This document shows positions 44,562-57,346 of a DNA stretch of 64,000 nucleotides, piece by piece. The notes under the pieces were generated by a model that was not told the DNA's origin, did no database searches, and saw only the letters and a program-made list of their open reading frames with translations. The stretch is from contig OZ024746.1 in NCBI GenBank assembly GCA_964016885.1, forward strand, positions 56,606,001 through 56,670,000, written 5' to 3'. Every line of letters begins with the position of its first letter. Position 1 is the stretch's first letter. This DNA comes from Eledone cirrhosa. Taxonomy: Eukaryota. A program made the position numbers and the translations under genes.

Positions 44562-45939
44562 AAGTATGTATGTATACGTACATACATATACGTACACAGA
44601 CGCACAGTAGTATGTATATATACACATACATTCACACATATATATATATATGCACGTATCGGTTTACCGAACATTTATTATAATGTTCGGTTTGTTTGTT
44701 TGTAAACAAACAAACAGCCCGAATTACGCCGTAAAGTGTTCAAGCAACCATCGTCGCCCTTTTGTTCAACACTGACACAGGAACGATGTACTAGTTTCAA
44801 GCTTATTAGCTATCGTCAGCATCGTATACCTTTCTGCCAGATGATTGAACGTCTGAAACTTTCCTTATGCATATTAACGGCTGAGCAGCCTAATTTGCAT
44901 ATCGAGTGAGTTAGTCGGCCGGGCGCACCGAAAACGATAAATGGAAAAGAATGAAACGAAAATTAATTTCTAACTCTTAGTACGGCTGATACTTAAATGT
45001 ATGTATGTTTAAGTATCAGCTGTACTAAGAGTGAGAAATGAAATTTCGTTTCATTCTTTTACAGTTATATATATATATATATATATATACATCCTTGTCC
45101 TAGTTGTTTTATAGCGATTCTCGCTATAAAACAACTCGAACCGAGGATAAAAATATAATAGGACCAATATACAATCCATAGCTGTAACTAACTAAAAACA
45201 TTCACTAAAAGAAAATGTAACCAATGTAACTGAAAAGATAGTAACAACATTGATACTCTCAACACATGCATATTTGACAATTACAGAAACAATCATCACA
45301 TTACATCCACCATAAACTCATAATTTTAATACACAAACACCTTTTCCTGCTTGATATGCTTGTGAACCTATATTATTTTATGTGATTCCTTCGCCATAGA
45401 GTAATTTCCTGTCTCCTTCCCATATATGCCTAACGCATTTGGACTCTCTACAAGCTTACATATGTACTGCTGATGTCCTCGTTTTACGAGTAAATTTTCT
45501 CCTTAATGCCTCTTTATTTATTATACTATTCCCTTGTGATATTAGTCGCATGCATTCCACTCTGTGCTTTTTAATTTTTAATTTCAATTATTGTACAATT
45601 CTCTTGTTATATATGTCCCATCCATTCCACTCTGTAAATACGAAACTGTTGTTGACAGCATTAGGAAGTTAACTATATGTACAAACATTGCAAGTGCTCC
45701 AATGAATCCAAACGAAAGTTTGGAAGGAACGATTGTCAGCAATAACATGATTTGAACATAACTTTGATTATTGTGTAATTTATATCGCTGCTCTGCAAAA
45801 CATCTGATGTATTTACATTGAGCTATTTTTCTTAGTCGTAATAAGGTAGTAATAAATTACTGACCTTTCCTGTTTATAGTTGTATATAGTGTATACATAA
45901 CTATAAATAGTATAATTATTATATATATATATATACACA

Positions 45940-46688
45940 TTTTAGTACAGCTTTAACGAAGCTTTAGGCTGCGGCTAAGCTAACGAGTACAAATTCGGAA
46001 TGTAGCTTGAGCACTCGATAGAGATAATACCATTAGTAATAACAATACAATTAGACAGTTTTGCAAATCAAATATAGCGATCGGCAATCCAGCCGCATTG
46101 CCATAGGAACGAAAATGGTTGGACTCAGGAAAAGATTTTAGACTGACCTGGACCATCGCGCGGAGAGCGAATGCAATATATAATGCATATCGTATAGCAT
46201 ACGATATACATCACATACAAGATACAACATCCACGCTAGGTTTCTGTAAATCCGAGATCGATTAATTCTGCTTGCAGGGGTCTGCAGATTTATGGCTTTT
46301 GACGACAGAACAAAGGATTTACTTCTTCAACAAGTCTTGCGTTCTTTAGCCTCAGCGGGTGTGTCTAGCAGTAAATTTCGCTATAGACACGTGGTTTTCT
46401 CCGAGGAAGGTAACTCCCGTTTTGTCGGTGAATTCGAAATTTGAGACAAAGGAATGAAATTCCCTTAGACAAACCGAATTAAGCACTCACCCAGAAGTTA
46501 TCAAATAAACAAACAATTAATCAATCAATATAATTGTCTAATTAAATTAATCAGTTAATCGTTAATTCTAGGAGTTAAAATATAAATGTTAGTACACCAT
46601 TAACGAAGCTTTAGGCTGCGGCTAAGCTAACGAATGCAAATCAGGAATGTAGCTTTAGCACTCGATAAAGAATGATACCCCAGAGTAA
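45940..46688 (-). repeat. ~650-bp unit with ~100-bp direct terminal repeat
   Basis: TAACGAAGCTTTAGGCTGCGGCTAAGCTAACGA at ~45954 and ~46601; both repeats carry TCGAGTGC on the - strand. Confidence 0.75.
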
Positions 46689-46963
46689 TAATAATAATAA
46701 TAATAATAATGATTTCATTTATTGGCCACAAGGGCCGACATATAGGGGACAACACAATAGACAGGGACAGTGGGGGTTTACATAGAGATCGAGTAAGTAT
46801 AAATAACAAAAAAACAAAATAACAATAAAAATACAACAATGAAAGTTCCCCAATAAGAGGGATCACCACCCAGGGTTGACTCAAGCACCCCACCAGTCCT
46901 GAGCCACCCGACGCTCCTAGGGCACCCGGGAAGGGCACCCCTCTCCTTCTCGAATTCACCAGC

Positions 46964-49900
46964 CTACAGGCGCATGATCAGAGTAGGCCCACTCACGCGG
47001 GCCATTCTCGCCACATTCACCCACCTTTCAGTAAATGTACTGGGGGGCAGCACTTCTCTCTCCACCCTCACCTTCCTTTCCAAGTGAAACTTGAGGAAGT
47101 TGATGAGGGATTGGCCGAAGAGAAAAGTGTCTGTCTTCAGTCCTTTCAACCTGGTCCACCATGCAACCTCTTTCGCTACTGCCACCAGGCAGAGGAAAAT
47201 TGCCTGCCCTTCCTGACCAAAAGAAGGCGGCGGGTCAATCTTCACTATGGACTCGGACGATAGCCGGATCCGTTCTACACGCGACAATAGCTGTTCGACA
47301 TAACCCCACAAGTCAGCAATGCACGGACACTGGACGAGTGCGTGCAGAACGGTTTCGTCGCTCTGCGCGCATCTCGGGCAGGTTCGTCTGACAGCACTTC
47401 CGTGCCTGTAGAGTTTATCCCGAACCGGCAGCGCCCCCCGGTAGCACTGCCAAGCGAGGGATTTCTGGAAGTTATCCATCGTCCCCGGCTCGAAAGTCCT
47501 CCGGAACATACTGGTCAGTTCTACTTCGTTGACGCCCAGAGCCTCTCCTAGTACGTCATCGCACTTGCCCTCCACTAATCCTCTATAGAAATCTTGAGTG
47601 GAAGTTCCACTGACCGCATTGCCCACCTTGCAGAGTGCAGTGAGCGCCTGGCAACATTCCAGATGCCAGTCGCCCAGTCTCGGTCTCTTCTTGACCCAGG
47701 ACTGCAGCTCAGTCAAAGAGATGAGCTGCGGAAAGGCCCGTCTAACAAACGGCGACCACACCTGTTCACCGTTTAGGCAAAATATCTGGAGATGTCGCAG
47801 CCTCAGCGCATGTCTGCGCATCATTAGCCACGGCATGCCCAGCCCTCCACGAAGAGGGTGCTGGCAGCAGATGGACCGCCTCACCAACGGGACCCGTCCC
47901 CTCCACAAAAATTTGAAAAGGAGCCGTTCCAAATTGGCGAGGCGTGGACGGGGGCAAGGCACGACGGTCAGGCGGTAGTAGATGACGGACGCGATGTACG
48001 CGTTCGCCACCTCCGCCCGCCCTTTCAGTGATAGCTTTCTCTCAGCCCATTTCTGGGTGAGGTTGGCTATCCTGCTCGTCACCTCGTCCCAATTCTTATC
48101 CACCTGGAGGTCTGGTCCGAACCAAACCCCGAGCAACTTTACCGGTCCGTCTGTCCAGCGCCCAACGACGCTGTTGGACGGCATGGACTTGCCTCTCCAG
48201 GTGCCGAGCTGCAAGCCCACCGACTTTTCCGGGTTAAGTTTTGCTCCCGTCAACCTTTCATATTCCTCCAAATGGGTGCGGATCACCTCGATTTCCGAGG
48301 TGTCCGACACCATCACGGTGATGTCGTCCGCATAAGCGGACGCAGCCTTTCTACGTCCCGGTTCGAGCGGGATGCCCTGCAACAACTCCAGCTTCCGCAG
48401 TAGAGGCTCAAGAGTCAATACGTACAGAAGTGAGGAGAGAGGGCACCCTTGACGGACCGATCGAGAGATCTGAAACGGTTCCGAGAGGTGGCCATTAACT
48501 TTGACCACCGAGCGGATGCCGCTGTACATTGCAGCGATCCAGCTTCTGAAGACGGGGCCGAAGCCAGCCGCCTCGAGGACAGCCTCCAAGTACCGATGGT
48601 CGACCCTATCGAATGCTTTCGATTGATCTAAATTGATCAGAGCCCCACCGAAGCCAGGTTTGCACCCAACCCTCTCTATGATGTATCGCATGAGGTGGAG
48701 GTTGTCGTGTATGGACCTGGTCGGGATTGCGCAAGTTTGCGCCTCCCCAACCAAATCTTTGACGACAAGCGCCAACCTTTTCGCTAACACCTTGGCCAAA
48801 ATCTTAAACTCTGTGTTGAGCAGGGTTATGGGCCTGAAATTATCTAGTGTGTCCCTCTTGTTCTCGTCTTTCCTTATCAGCGTCACTACGCCACGGCTCA
48901 CAGAACTGGGAATGCTCCCGTTCTGCTGCCAGTTGCAGTAGAGCGCTTCGAGGAGATCGGAGAACAAGTCTGGCATATTTACGTAAAGCTCGTAGGGCAG
49001 ACCATCCAAACCGGGTGACTTGCGACTCGAGCAGCCGACAAGGGCGTCCTGAATTTCGGCTGATGTTATCGGCTCTTCGCAGCGCTCAGCGTCGGCCGTC
49101 GAGAGGCGTGGCAAGCCGTCGAGGTAGGGACTGAAGTCCGCCGCCGTCTCCGACTCACCCATCCTCCCGAACAATCGAGCAAAGTGCTGGCGAAAGGCCT
49201 CACACATCTGCTTGGAATCGCTCAGTTCGTGTCCATCTCGATCCGTCAAAGACCGAATTGTGGTTTTATTTCCACGCTGCGTCTCTGCAAAGCGAGCCCA
49301 TCGGGCAGCTTTGCTTCCCTCGTTCCTCAGAGCACGCGCCTTAGCTCTGACAATGCAACCTTCGTGTTTCGCATTGAAGAAATGGTCTAGTGCCATTCTC
49401 GCCGCTAGCACGTCTGTTGCAATGCCACTACAAATAGCCTCGTCTAACTTAGCTATCAGCCCCTCCTCCTTTCTATTTTTCTCTATTGCTACTTCTTTGC
49501 TAAATCCTATCGAGGTTGCTCTAATCTCTCTTTTGAGTGCCCCCCACCACCTGTTGTTGACAACCCCCCCTGTCAACTTTTGCTTAACTAAGTTGTTGAC
49601 CCGGTCCCTGTAAGCTTTACGTGCCGGAAACGACATGTTTAGCTTCCAGTAGCTAGGTCCTAACCTACGTGTCTTATCTAGGTCGACCATACAGATCACA
49701 AGCTTGTGATCTGAATAGGCAACCGTTTTAAAATGTGGACATCCTACACTATTTCTATCTCTTTTCCTAATGAAAATCCTATCTATGTACGATCTAGATG
49801 ACCCTATGCGATTGGTCCAGGTCCATACTGGCGCATTAGGGAAATCTAGTCGGTACCTGTCAGACAGTTGAAACTGGCTGATCAGGTACTTGAGGCTTTT

Positions 49901-50383
49901 GCACCCCCCGCTCCTATCAGATACTCCCACACAATCCCAGCGTGCTTCTAAGATGCCATTCCAATCCCCTATTAACAGTAAAGGGCGAGACGTAAGCAGA
50001 AAGTTTTCCAGGCGCCTAAAGAAGTCCGGCCGACCGGCCCCAGTAGGGGCGTAGACGGCCACCAGTCTAAAGGCACCACCTTCGCTATTGCTCACGTCCA
50101 GGACCACCAACTTTCCGTCAGGATCCCGGAAGATTGACCTTACCTCGAGATCCAGACATTTCCTAAACAGCACAGCCACTCCACCTCCCATTCCCGGCCG
50201 ACTAACAGATGCAAAGATCTGATAATCGTCGAAAATCGGCGCCAGTGCGCGTGTGTCGGAAATTCTGGTCTCGCTGATGGCAATTACATCCATTCCTAGT
50301 GACCTGAGGTCGTTGAGCAAGTGACCTTGCTTCCAGGGCGACCCCAGGCCACGAACATTTAAACTTCCTACTCTTATGGCCAT
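46964..50383 (-). CDS. Tx1 ORF2 (APE endonuclease, reverse transcriptase, CCHC), intact 1139 aa
   Basis: LNVRGL, SET, GDWN, YIDR, SDH; LDQSKAFDRV, QGCPLS, YADD; CPRC-x8-H-x4-C. Confidence 0.97.
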   Translation of the reverse strand: MAIRVGSLNVRGLGSPWKQGHLLNDLRSLGMDVIAISETRISDTRALAPIFDDYQIFASVSRPGMGGGVAVLFRKCLDLEVRSIFRDPDGKLVVLDVSNSEGGAFRLVAVYAPTGAGRPDFFRRLENFLLTSRPLLLIGDWNGILEARWDCVGVSDRSGGCKSLKYLISQFQLSDRYRLDFPNAPVWTWTNRIGSSRSYIDRIFIRKRDRNSVGCPHFKTVAYSDHKLVICMVDLDKTRRLGPSYWKLNMSFPARKAYRDRVNNLVKQKLTGGVVNNRWWGALKREIRATSIGFSKEVAIEKNRKEEGLIAKLDEAICSGIATDVLAARMALDHFFNAKHEGCIVRAKARALRNEGSKAARWARFAETQRGNKTTIRSLTDRDGHELSDSKQMCEAFRQHFARLFGRMGESETAADFSPYLDGLPRLSTADAERCEEPITSAEIQDALVGCSSRKSPGLDGLPYELYVNMPDLFSDLLEALYCNWQQNGSIPSSVSRGVVTLIRKDENKRDTLDNFRPITLLNTEFKILAKVLAKRLALVVKDLVGEAQTCAIPTRSIHDNLHLMRYIIERVGCKPGFGGALINLDQSKAFDRVDHRYLEAVLEAAGFGPVFRSWIAAMYSGIRSVVKVNGHLSEPFQISRSVRQGCPLSSLLYVLTLEPLLRKLELLQGIPLEPGRRKAASAYADDITVMVSDTSEIEVIRTHLEEYERLTGAKLNPEKSVGLQLGTWRGKSMPSNSVVGRWTDGPVKLLGVWFGPDLQVDKNWDEVTSRIANLTQKWAERKLSLKGRAEVANAYIASVIYYRLTVVPCPRPRLANLERLLFKFLWRGRVPLVRRSICCQHPLRGGLGMPWLMMRRHALRLRHLQIFCLNGEQVWSPFVRRAFPQLISLTELQSWVKKRPRLGDWHLECCQALTALCKVGNAVSGTSTQDFYRGLVEGKCDDVLGEALGVNEVELTSMFRRTFEPGTMDNFQKSLAWQCYRGALPVRDKLYRHGSAVRRTCPRCAQSDETVLHALVQCPCIADLWGYVEQLLSRVERIRLSSESIVKIDPPPSFGQEGQAIFLCLVAVAKEVAWWTRLKGLKTDTFLFGQSLINFLKFHLERKVRVEREVLPPSTFTERWVNVARMARVSGPTLIMRL

Positions 50384-50412
50384 GCTGGCAGGATGAATGG
50401 GAGAGGAAAGGT

Positions 50413-52326
50413 TTACTTACCTTCCGGGGTCTTGTGAAGGTCGGGTGGTTCGACCTCCATGGTTTGTGGGGTTTCTTTTGGGAACCCCTTTAATAGTCTT
50501 GACGTGGGTTTTACGTTCGGGGTTCCCACATCCCGAGGAAAGCTCTTTCGAATTTCTTTGTATGAAGCGAGCGACATTCGCATCAGAAGCAAATTATCTG
50601 GTACGCGAAATGTGCTCGCTTCAAATGTTTCCCCGTCTTTTTCGATGTTTGTGCTTCGTGCTACATGGGCCATCAATTCCTTGTTGGCCCTTCTGGCAAG
50701 CACGAAGTTTTTAATGTTTTGTTGCTCGGGTTTTATTTGTTCGTGTGATTGTGGTGGTGATAGCTTTGTTAGTGTTGTTTCTATTGTGTCTGCGTTTGTT
50801 GTGGGTGGGGTGTCTGTAGTTTCTGATGTTTGTGTGTCTATTTGTTCTTGTGTCTGTTTAGCTTGTTTGCGTTTGGGGGATTTTGGTGGTTGTGTTGGTG
50901 ATGCTGTGGGGAAAATGTTTGTGTGGGTGGTGTGTGTATTTTTTTTTGTGGGGGTGTTTGTGCTTTGTGGATTTCTTTTTTTTTGTGTTTTGTTTTTTGT
51001 ATTTTGGGGGACTTTGGTTTTCCCTCATCTTCACTGCTGGAGGATGAGGGGTCTGTGGCTGTGAGCGTGTTTGTGTCTGAGTGAGTGTTTATGTTCTTGT
51101 TCGTGTGTGTATTTTGGGGGGGAGGGGGAATGGGAGAGCTTTCCTCGTTTCCCCCCTGGGTGTGCAATTTTGGTGGTTCCATTGTTGACGGTGTTGCTGG
51201 TGGTCCTTGTCCCGGCGTCGCCAGCAGTGGAATCGTTCGACCCCTTCCTTGCGCTTTTCGGCAGTTGAGGGCAGAAGGCTCGCAAGTGTGTCGTTTCCCC
51301 ACAAAGGAAACAATGCGGCCTTTTGCCCTCAGTCATTATATGCAACACCCTCCCGTTTTGGAGGCGGATGTGGTCCGGGATTGTTTTTACGTTTTCGGGT
51401 CTGATTTGGAGCAGTATCTCCAGATCAACCCCGGACCAGTCGTCCCTGGCAGTTCTCGTTGCCTCTACCGGGACTGTATCCGTTCCTTCCACGATTACGC
51501 AACCCAGGAGCCACCACATATCAAGTCCTGGTGGAATCCTGGGAATGCGCACACGTGCTATTCGTTTTCCCATGTGGGAGGGGTACATTATGACCTTGCT
51601 GGTTTTGCAAGGGGTCATTGAATGCTTCACAGCGAGGGCTTCAGACTTGAACAGCACCGAAACGGTGCCGTATTGCCTGCCCCTCTCTATGAAGTCTGTG
51701 TCCTTTCTGATGTATTTCAGTGCGGCTTCTATGTCAGCTTGGGCGATTATCGCTGCCCTCTTTGTCTCTACTGAGATGCATCTGAAATGCACCGTTCTTT
51801 TTTCCACTGCCTCAATGGCTTCTGCCGGGACAGTTAAGTTTGCCCAGGTCTGCTCTTGATTTATGATTTTCCAGGCCTGGGCCAACTTTTCCTCTCTGTT
51901 GGTTAAGTCGATGCTGTAGCATGGTCTCCTTTTAGCCGCTGCCACAGCAGCGAAAGTGTTCTTGTTGGTGTTGTCACTGTTGTTGTTCTTGTTGGTGTTG
52001 CTGCTGCTATTGCTGTTGTTGTTCTCCCCTGTGTCGTGGTTACCTTCTGTGCTGTTGGCCTTGTTGGTGCTGCTGCTGTCGCTACTATTACTCTCTGTGC
52101 TGTTCGTTTTGTTGGTGCTCTCGCTATTACCACCTTCTGCGCTGTTCGGCTTGTTGGTGTTGGTGTTGTCGCTGTTACCACCTTCCGCGCCGCTCGGCCC
52201 GTTGGTGCTGGCACTGTCGCTGCTCACATTCGTGCTGGTGGCGCTCCTCGCCTCACCTCTCCTCTCAACGCTCAAGTCGCCGTTGCACGACAGCAGACCC
52301 GCCTCTAGGGGGCGTGGCTCCGCCAT
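50413..52326 (-). pseudogene. Tx1 ORF1, frameshifted near the G/C run at ~51120 and again downstream
   Basis: N/S-rich N-terminus, CFLCGETTHLRAFC knuckle; C-terminal domain in ORF 50413-50703 homologous to copies 1 and 3. Confidence 0.85.
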
Positions 52327-52554
52327 GTTTTTTTGAGAAAAAAATTATTATTTTTTTTCAAAATAAAGTTCAAATATTTGGGCCAAAAGGCCCAAATATT
52401 ATGAGTTATTCCTTCACAGGATACAAATTAATGTCTTATAATGCTTCAGCGGTACAAAAAATAAACAATTCTCTACAATTAATCCTCAAAAATTGCTTAC
52501 TCACGGAGCTTCAAAAAACGTACATCCACTTTCGTCAATAATAATAATAATAAT

Positions 52555-52600
<46 letters not shown>

Positions 52601-52604
<4 letters not shown>

Positions 52605-53176
52605 ATGTGCAACCATGCAGTATTCTTCTCCCCATTTTTTCACATATATTTACCGAAACTGCGATTCTGTTTTTCTCTCTCTCTCTCTTACTGCTCCCTC
52701 GTTCTCTCTGTTTCTCTTACTTTCTTTCGTCCCCTCTGTCATGTCAGTTAACACTTTCTCTCTACTGACCTCTTCCTCACACTTCTACTCACACACTCAC
52801 TGTTTCTCCCCTTCTCACTTCACCCCGTTCGCGATGTTAACGATTTTTCTTCTTTCTTACGTTGGATTCATCTCGAAAGGTCTATTTTCTACTCGCTCAT
52901 ATATTCACCCAGCTTATACTGATATAATAACTATGTAACTTGTGTCTTTCCTATCTTTGGTTAGCTTTCCTCTGTGTTGTTTACTTGTCTCACTCGCTTT
53001 ACGCGTTTTAATTGTCCTAATAACTTATTTTAGTTATTATTGCGCCAACGTGAGGTATATGATTTTTAATGCAATGAAATACCTATGACCGTTGGTAAAT
53101 CACTGATGAGGGACTCATTTTATAACATGTTATCCATGTGCAACCATGCAGTATTCTTCTCCCCATTTTTTCACAC
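52601..53176 (+). repeat. Family K element, ~531-bp unit with ~45-bp terminal redundancy
   Basis: CCATGTGCAACCATGCAGTATTCTTCTCCCC at 52603 and 53134; homologous to the 25522 array. Confidence 0.85.
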
Positions 53177-53352
53177 TTATATATATATATATATATATAT
53201 TGTTTAACTCAGGGAGGGTTATATTGTTGTAATAATATTGCCAGAATTAATAACAGAATACACTCACTGTTTGGTTGGTTTTCTCATCTGTATCTTTTAT
53301 ATCAGTTAATTCATTCGGTCCTCAATGTTTACCATTGACTGACCATATATAA

Positions 53353-53394
<42 letters not shown>

Positions 53395-53397
<3 letters not shown>

Positions 53398-53810
53398 AAA
53401 GTTCTATTTAAATTGTTGGTATACGACAAGCAAATATTTTTATAACTGATATAAAGCACTCAACAATTATTTGGAGTAAACATACGATATTAACAAATGG
53501 AAACTATATTTATAAAACCATATTTATTTCATTATACATATTTCAAGGACACCAAGTTTAATTATGGTGTGCTTTCATCAGACCAAAATATAATATAGAT
53601 CAGTTTTATAAATAAATATTGACATACCCTTAAAAAATACAACAGTAATGGTTGTATATTTTAAGGGTATGTCAATATTTATTTATAAAACTGATCTATA
53701 TTATATTTTGTCTGATGAAAGCACACCATAATTTAACTTGTTGTCCTTGAAATATGTATAATGAAATAAATATGTTTTATAAATATAGTTTCCATTTGTT
53801 AATATCGTAT
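53395..53810. mobile_element. Palindromic family A element with an HHR on each strand (53525-53589 -, 53704-53768 +)
   Basis: Arms ~53482-53643 / 53651-53810; tail with TTGAGTGC; (TA)n flanks. Confidence 0.88.
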
Positions 53811-54606
53811 ATATATATATATATATATAAAAATATATGTATTTAGATATATGTATATTATGTATATATATGCGTGATTGTGTGTGTGATAATATATGTG
53901 AAGTTTAACGGAACAAAATTCTGTAATGAAGTATATAATAACATAGGTGTTGCGTGAGCCTATTCGAAATATATCTATAAAAAAATATTCATATTAAAAA
54001 TCATCCCTTTCTTCCATAATCTTTATAAACGAACGTTTGTGGTTGAACCGAACAGCCTTTGAATTCATCAAGCTAATGTGTTATATCGATGAGGCTAATT
54101 CCTGGTTTTAACGCACTGTGTGAACTCTAAGAGATCACAGGCCGTTTATTTCACTATCTCGCATGCATTTACTCTCTCTGTCTTTCTTCTTTGCCCTCTA
54201 TTCTACTCCTTCTCCCTATCACACTTATATCTCTATCTCTCTGTCTCTCTCTCACGCTGCTTCTCTTTCAATTCCTCTCTCTCTGTATCGCTCTCCGTCT
54301 CACTCACTCTCGCACTCCGCCTCTCCCTCTCACTCACTCTCGCTCAAACACTTACCACACTCCGTCTCCGATGAGGAACAAGTGTTAATATGCTAAATCT
54401 ATTGCAGGTATTTATAGATCAGTGATATTTTATGTACACAAATTATACTGTTTCGATAATCACATGCATTTTAATAGAATTTCTGCAACACATTACAGAG
54501 ACTGGGAGGAGATTTCTCTTGTAAAGCTTGCAACATATTTTCAGTGCAAAAGCGGTGTCAAACTGACCTTTTACAAGTATGGGGCTCTATTATAATCATT
54601 ATTAAC

Positions 54607-54790
54607 ATGGCAGGATCGGTAGAGCGTCAGACGACATGCTTTGCAGCATAGCGTTACGGCCCTTTATGGTCTGAGTTCAAATCCCGCCGAGGTTACCTCT
54701 GCCTTTCATCCTTACGGGGTGATAAAATCAAGTAACAGTAATACACTGGGATAATTGCTGGCCTTGTGCCTAAAGTAGAAACAATTATTA
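54607..54790 (+). mobile_element. tRNA-derived SINE
   Basis: Same A/B boxes, core and tail. Confidence 0.85.
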
Positions 54791-55210
54791 ACATTAACCA
54801 CAACATCGACAACCACCATAATAATGATGGTGTCGATATCTAATAATGGTTTATTTATTAGCCAGACAGGACAAATAATAAAGACGGTGCAGGACGATAC
54901 CCGACCAAAACTGAAAAGAAATCATTAGACACATTCTTCTTCTTCTTCTTCTTATTATTATTATTATTATTATTATTATTGTTATTATTATTATTGAATG
55001 CCATGGTTGACGGAGGCTCGGCTCTGTAAGGTATAGTAATTTTTAACCGTTAAAACAATTGTAAATTGTTTAAAACTTGAACCAAATTGTTGATAAAGAC
55101 ACCCTCCTCCTCGTGAGAGGGGTCTTTCTGTCCGTTATTTGGCCCTTCGGGGTTAAATAACCAGTTATTGGGGTTTTGTACCCAAAATTTCATTTTAAAC
55201 AAAAAACAAC

Positions 55211-57311
55211 ATGGCTACGAAAAAGAAATTTCATACGTCACTCCCACTCATTCCGTCTTCTTCTTCCTCAATCATCACTACAGCAGAGAGAAGATTGTCT
55301 CTCTCCCTCCCTTCTTTAAATGTGTCTCTCTCCCTCCCTTCTCTTTCGCAAGTGACGAAAGAACAGAAAAGTCTCGTGCAAAGCGTGCAAGGTTTCTCCA
55401 CGACGACGACGACAGCGACGAAACAGGTGTGCGGGAAATACGGAAACCCAGTTCATTCGTCTGACGTCAGGAATAATAGCAGTAGCAGCCGTAATAACAA
55501 CAGCAACAGTGACAATGAAAACAACAGTAGCAGCCGCAACAGAATCACCAGCAGCATAAACAACAACAGCATTAGCAGCAGCAACACCAACAACAACCAC
55601 AGCAACAGCGGCGGAGGCAGTAGTCGTAGTACCTGCAGCAACAACAAAAGTACCAGCAGCTCTGACGACAACAACAACAGCAGAGAAAAACCAATCTCAT
55701 TTGCAGGTATTGCGAAAAACTTGGAAACAATCCTCATAACAAATGAGGAATTAGAGGAAGCGAAGAAGATGGTGACAAAGAACGGACACCGAGCAATCTG
55801 CAAGGCAGCGGAAAAATTGTTCGAAACTCAAGAGCACTGTACGGTCACGTACCATACAGTAAGTACAAAATCCCGTAGGGTGGAAAGAGCCACAGAGGCC
55901 CAAATACAAAAAGCCTTGGGGTCTGTGTGGCAGCGGAAAACGCACATCACCCGAGGCAAAAAATATGCCACCGTAGACGTACTTTTTGCCACACCCCAGG
56001 AGGCAAAGGCCCAATCAGTAGTGACCCTAAGGAGCGAGGAAATGGTGTTGGTGCCCTCCTACTGCGGGCAAAAAATTGTGAGGGTCAAACTGACCCACGT
56101 CCCCCCCCCCCGGAATGACCCCTTCTTGGCTCGCCGCGTCTGTCCTCGTCGGAATCGAGGACAAAACAACTGTACTGCAAGTACAGAAAAAAGTAAGAGA
56201 AGATTGGGTCGGCTCCTCCATTGAGATGCTAATCCAAACCAACCAGGAGTGCATCGAAGCTATCCCGGATGTGATAGACTTCGATAACGGCACTCAACTG
56301 CCCATAAGTGTTGAGGGAAAACGCCCGAAATGCTTTCGCTGTGGATCGAAGACTCACCTCAGGGCCTTCTGCAACGAGAAGACCCTGAGAAAGGCGAAAA
56401 CCCCCCTCCTTCCGAATCCGGCTCCACGGCTACCAGCAACAGGACAAGCGGCAACCAGGAACGATAGGTCCGTGGCACCCATACCCACTCCACGGAAATC
56501 AAAGACAGCAGCAGCAGTGGAAATATTAACAACAACAACAGCAATACCAAATGCAGCTGCAACAGAGACTCCAGTGCAAACATCACCAACAACAACAAGT
56601 GAAAGAGTGGAGCTGGTACCCCTCCCCGACCTTACAGAATCAGACATGGAGTGTGAGGTGGGAGAGGGATGGCAAAAGGTCGCAAGAAGGCACAAACGCA
56701 GAAGCAGCGCATCGTCGCCTTTGAAAAGGGAGGAAAGAAATGAGAAAAGGGTAAAGTCTACTGCAAAGAGACCCACAGCAGCAACACCACCAACACCATC
56801 ACCACCCACACCAGCACCACCATCACCACCGGCGACAACCCCACCGCCAACAACACCTTCAACACCACCACCACAAGCACCAACATCGCAAACACAACAA
56901 CAAAACACACACACCCAGCAACAACGACAAGAAAATAGCAGAACCACACCCCACCCCCAGAAAAACAAATGCACGGCAATAAACACACACAACAAGAAAC
57001 TAATGACTTACATAATTGAACACACAGACATTTCACAACAGGACTACATAATACCAGCACCAATCAAAACGCCAACTAACATAAGACTGCTAAAAATAGC
57101 ACAGAAACAATACACAAACATTAAAACGAAATTCCCCAACGCAGTTGGTGATTTCAGGGACCTAGGAGGAACCATCAATCGAAGAGTATACTCAGACATT
57201 CTCTTAGAAGAGCCGACGACCAGCCGAAGGGACGATTCAACGGTCCCTTCACCAGACGATCAAGTGAAAAGGGATGTAAAAACCATCCCTCCTCTACCAA
57301 AAGTACGGTAA
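55211..57311 (+). pseudogene. Tx1 ORF1, one frameshift at the poly-C at ~56100-56111 (possibly a sequencing error)
   Basis: ORFs 55211-56224 and 56115-57311 join at the C run; CFRCGSKTHLRAFC knuckle. Confidence 0.88.
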
Positions 57312-57346
57312 GTGGTCTTTCCCATCTTTTCCACTCTATTTTAAAC

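Larger units (their letters stand above)
46711..52536 (-). mobile_element. Tx1/L1-clade non-LTR retrotransposon, full length (copy 2)
   Basis: ORF1 plus intact ORF2; 3' end GGCCCTTGTGGCCAATAAATGAAATC-(ATT)n; (ATT)n also at the 5' end. Confidence 0.95.

Noticed and set aside
50384-50420. Mini-intron fusing ORF1 to ORF2 (GTAAGT..CAG before ATG)
   Set aside because: Only ~36 nt long, and the AG is absent at the equivalent position in copy 3
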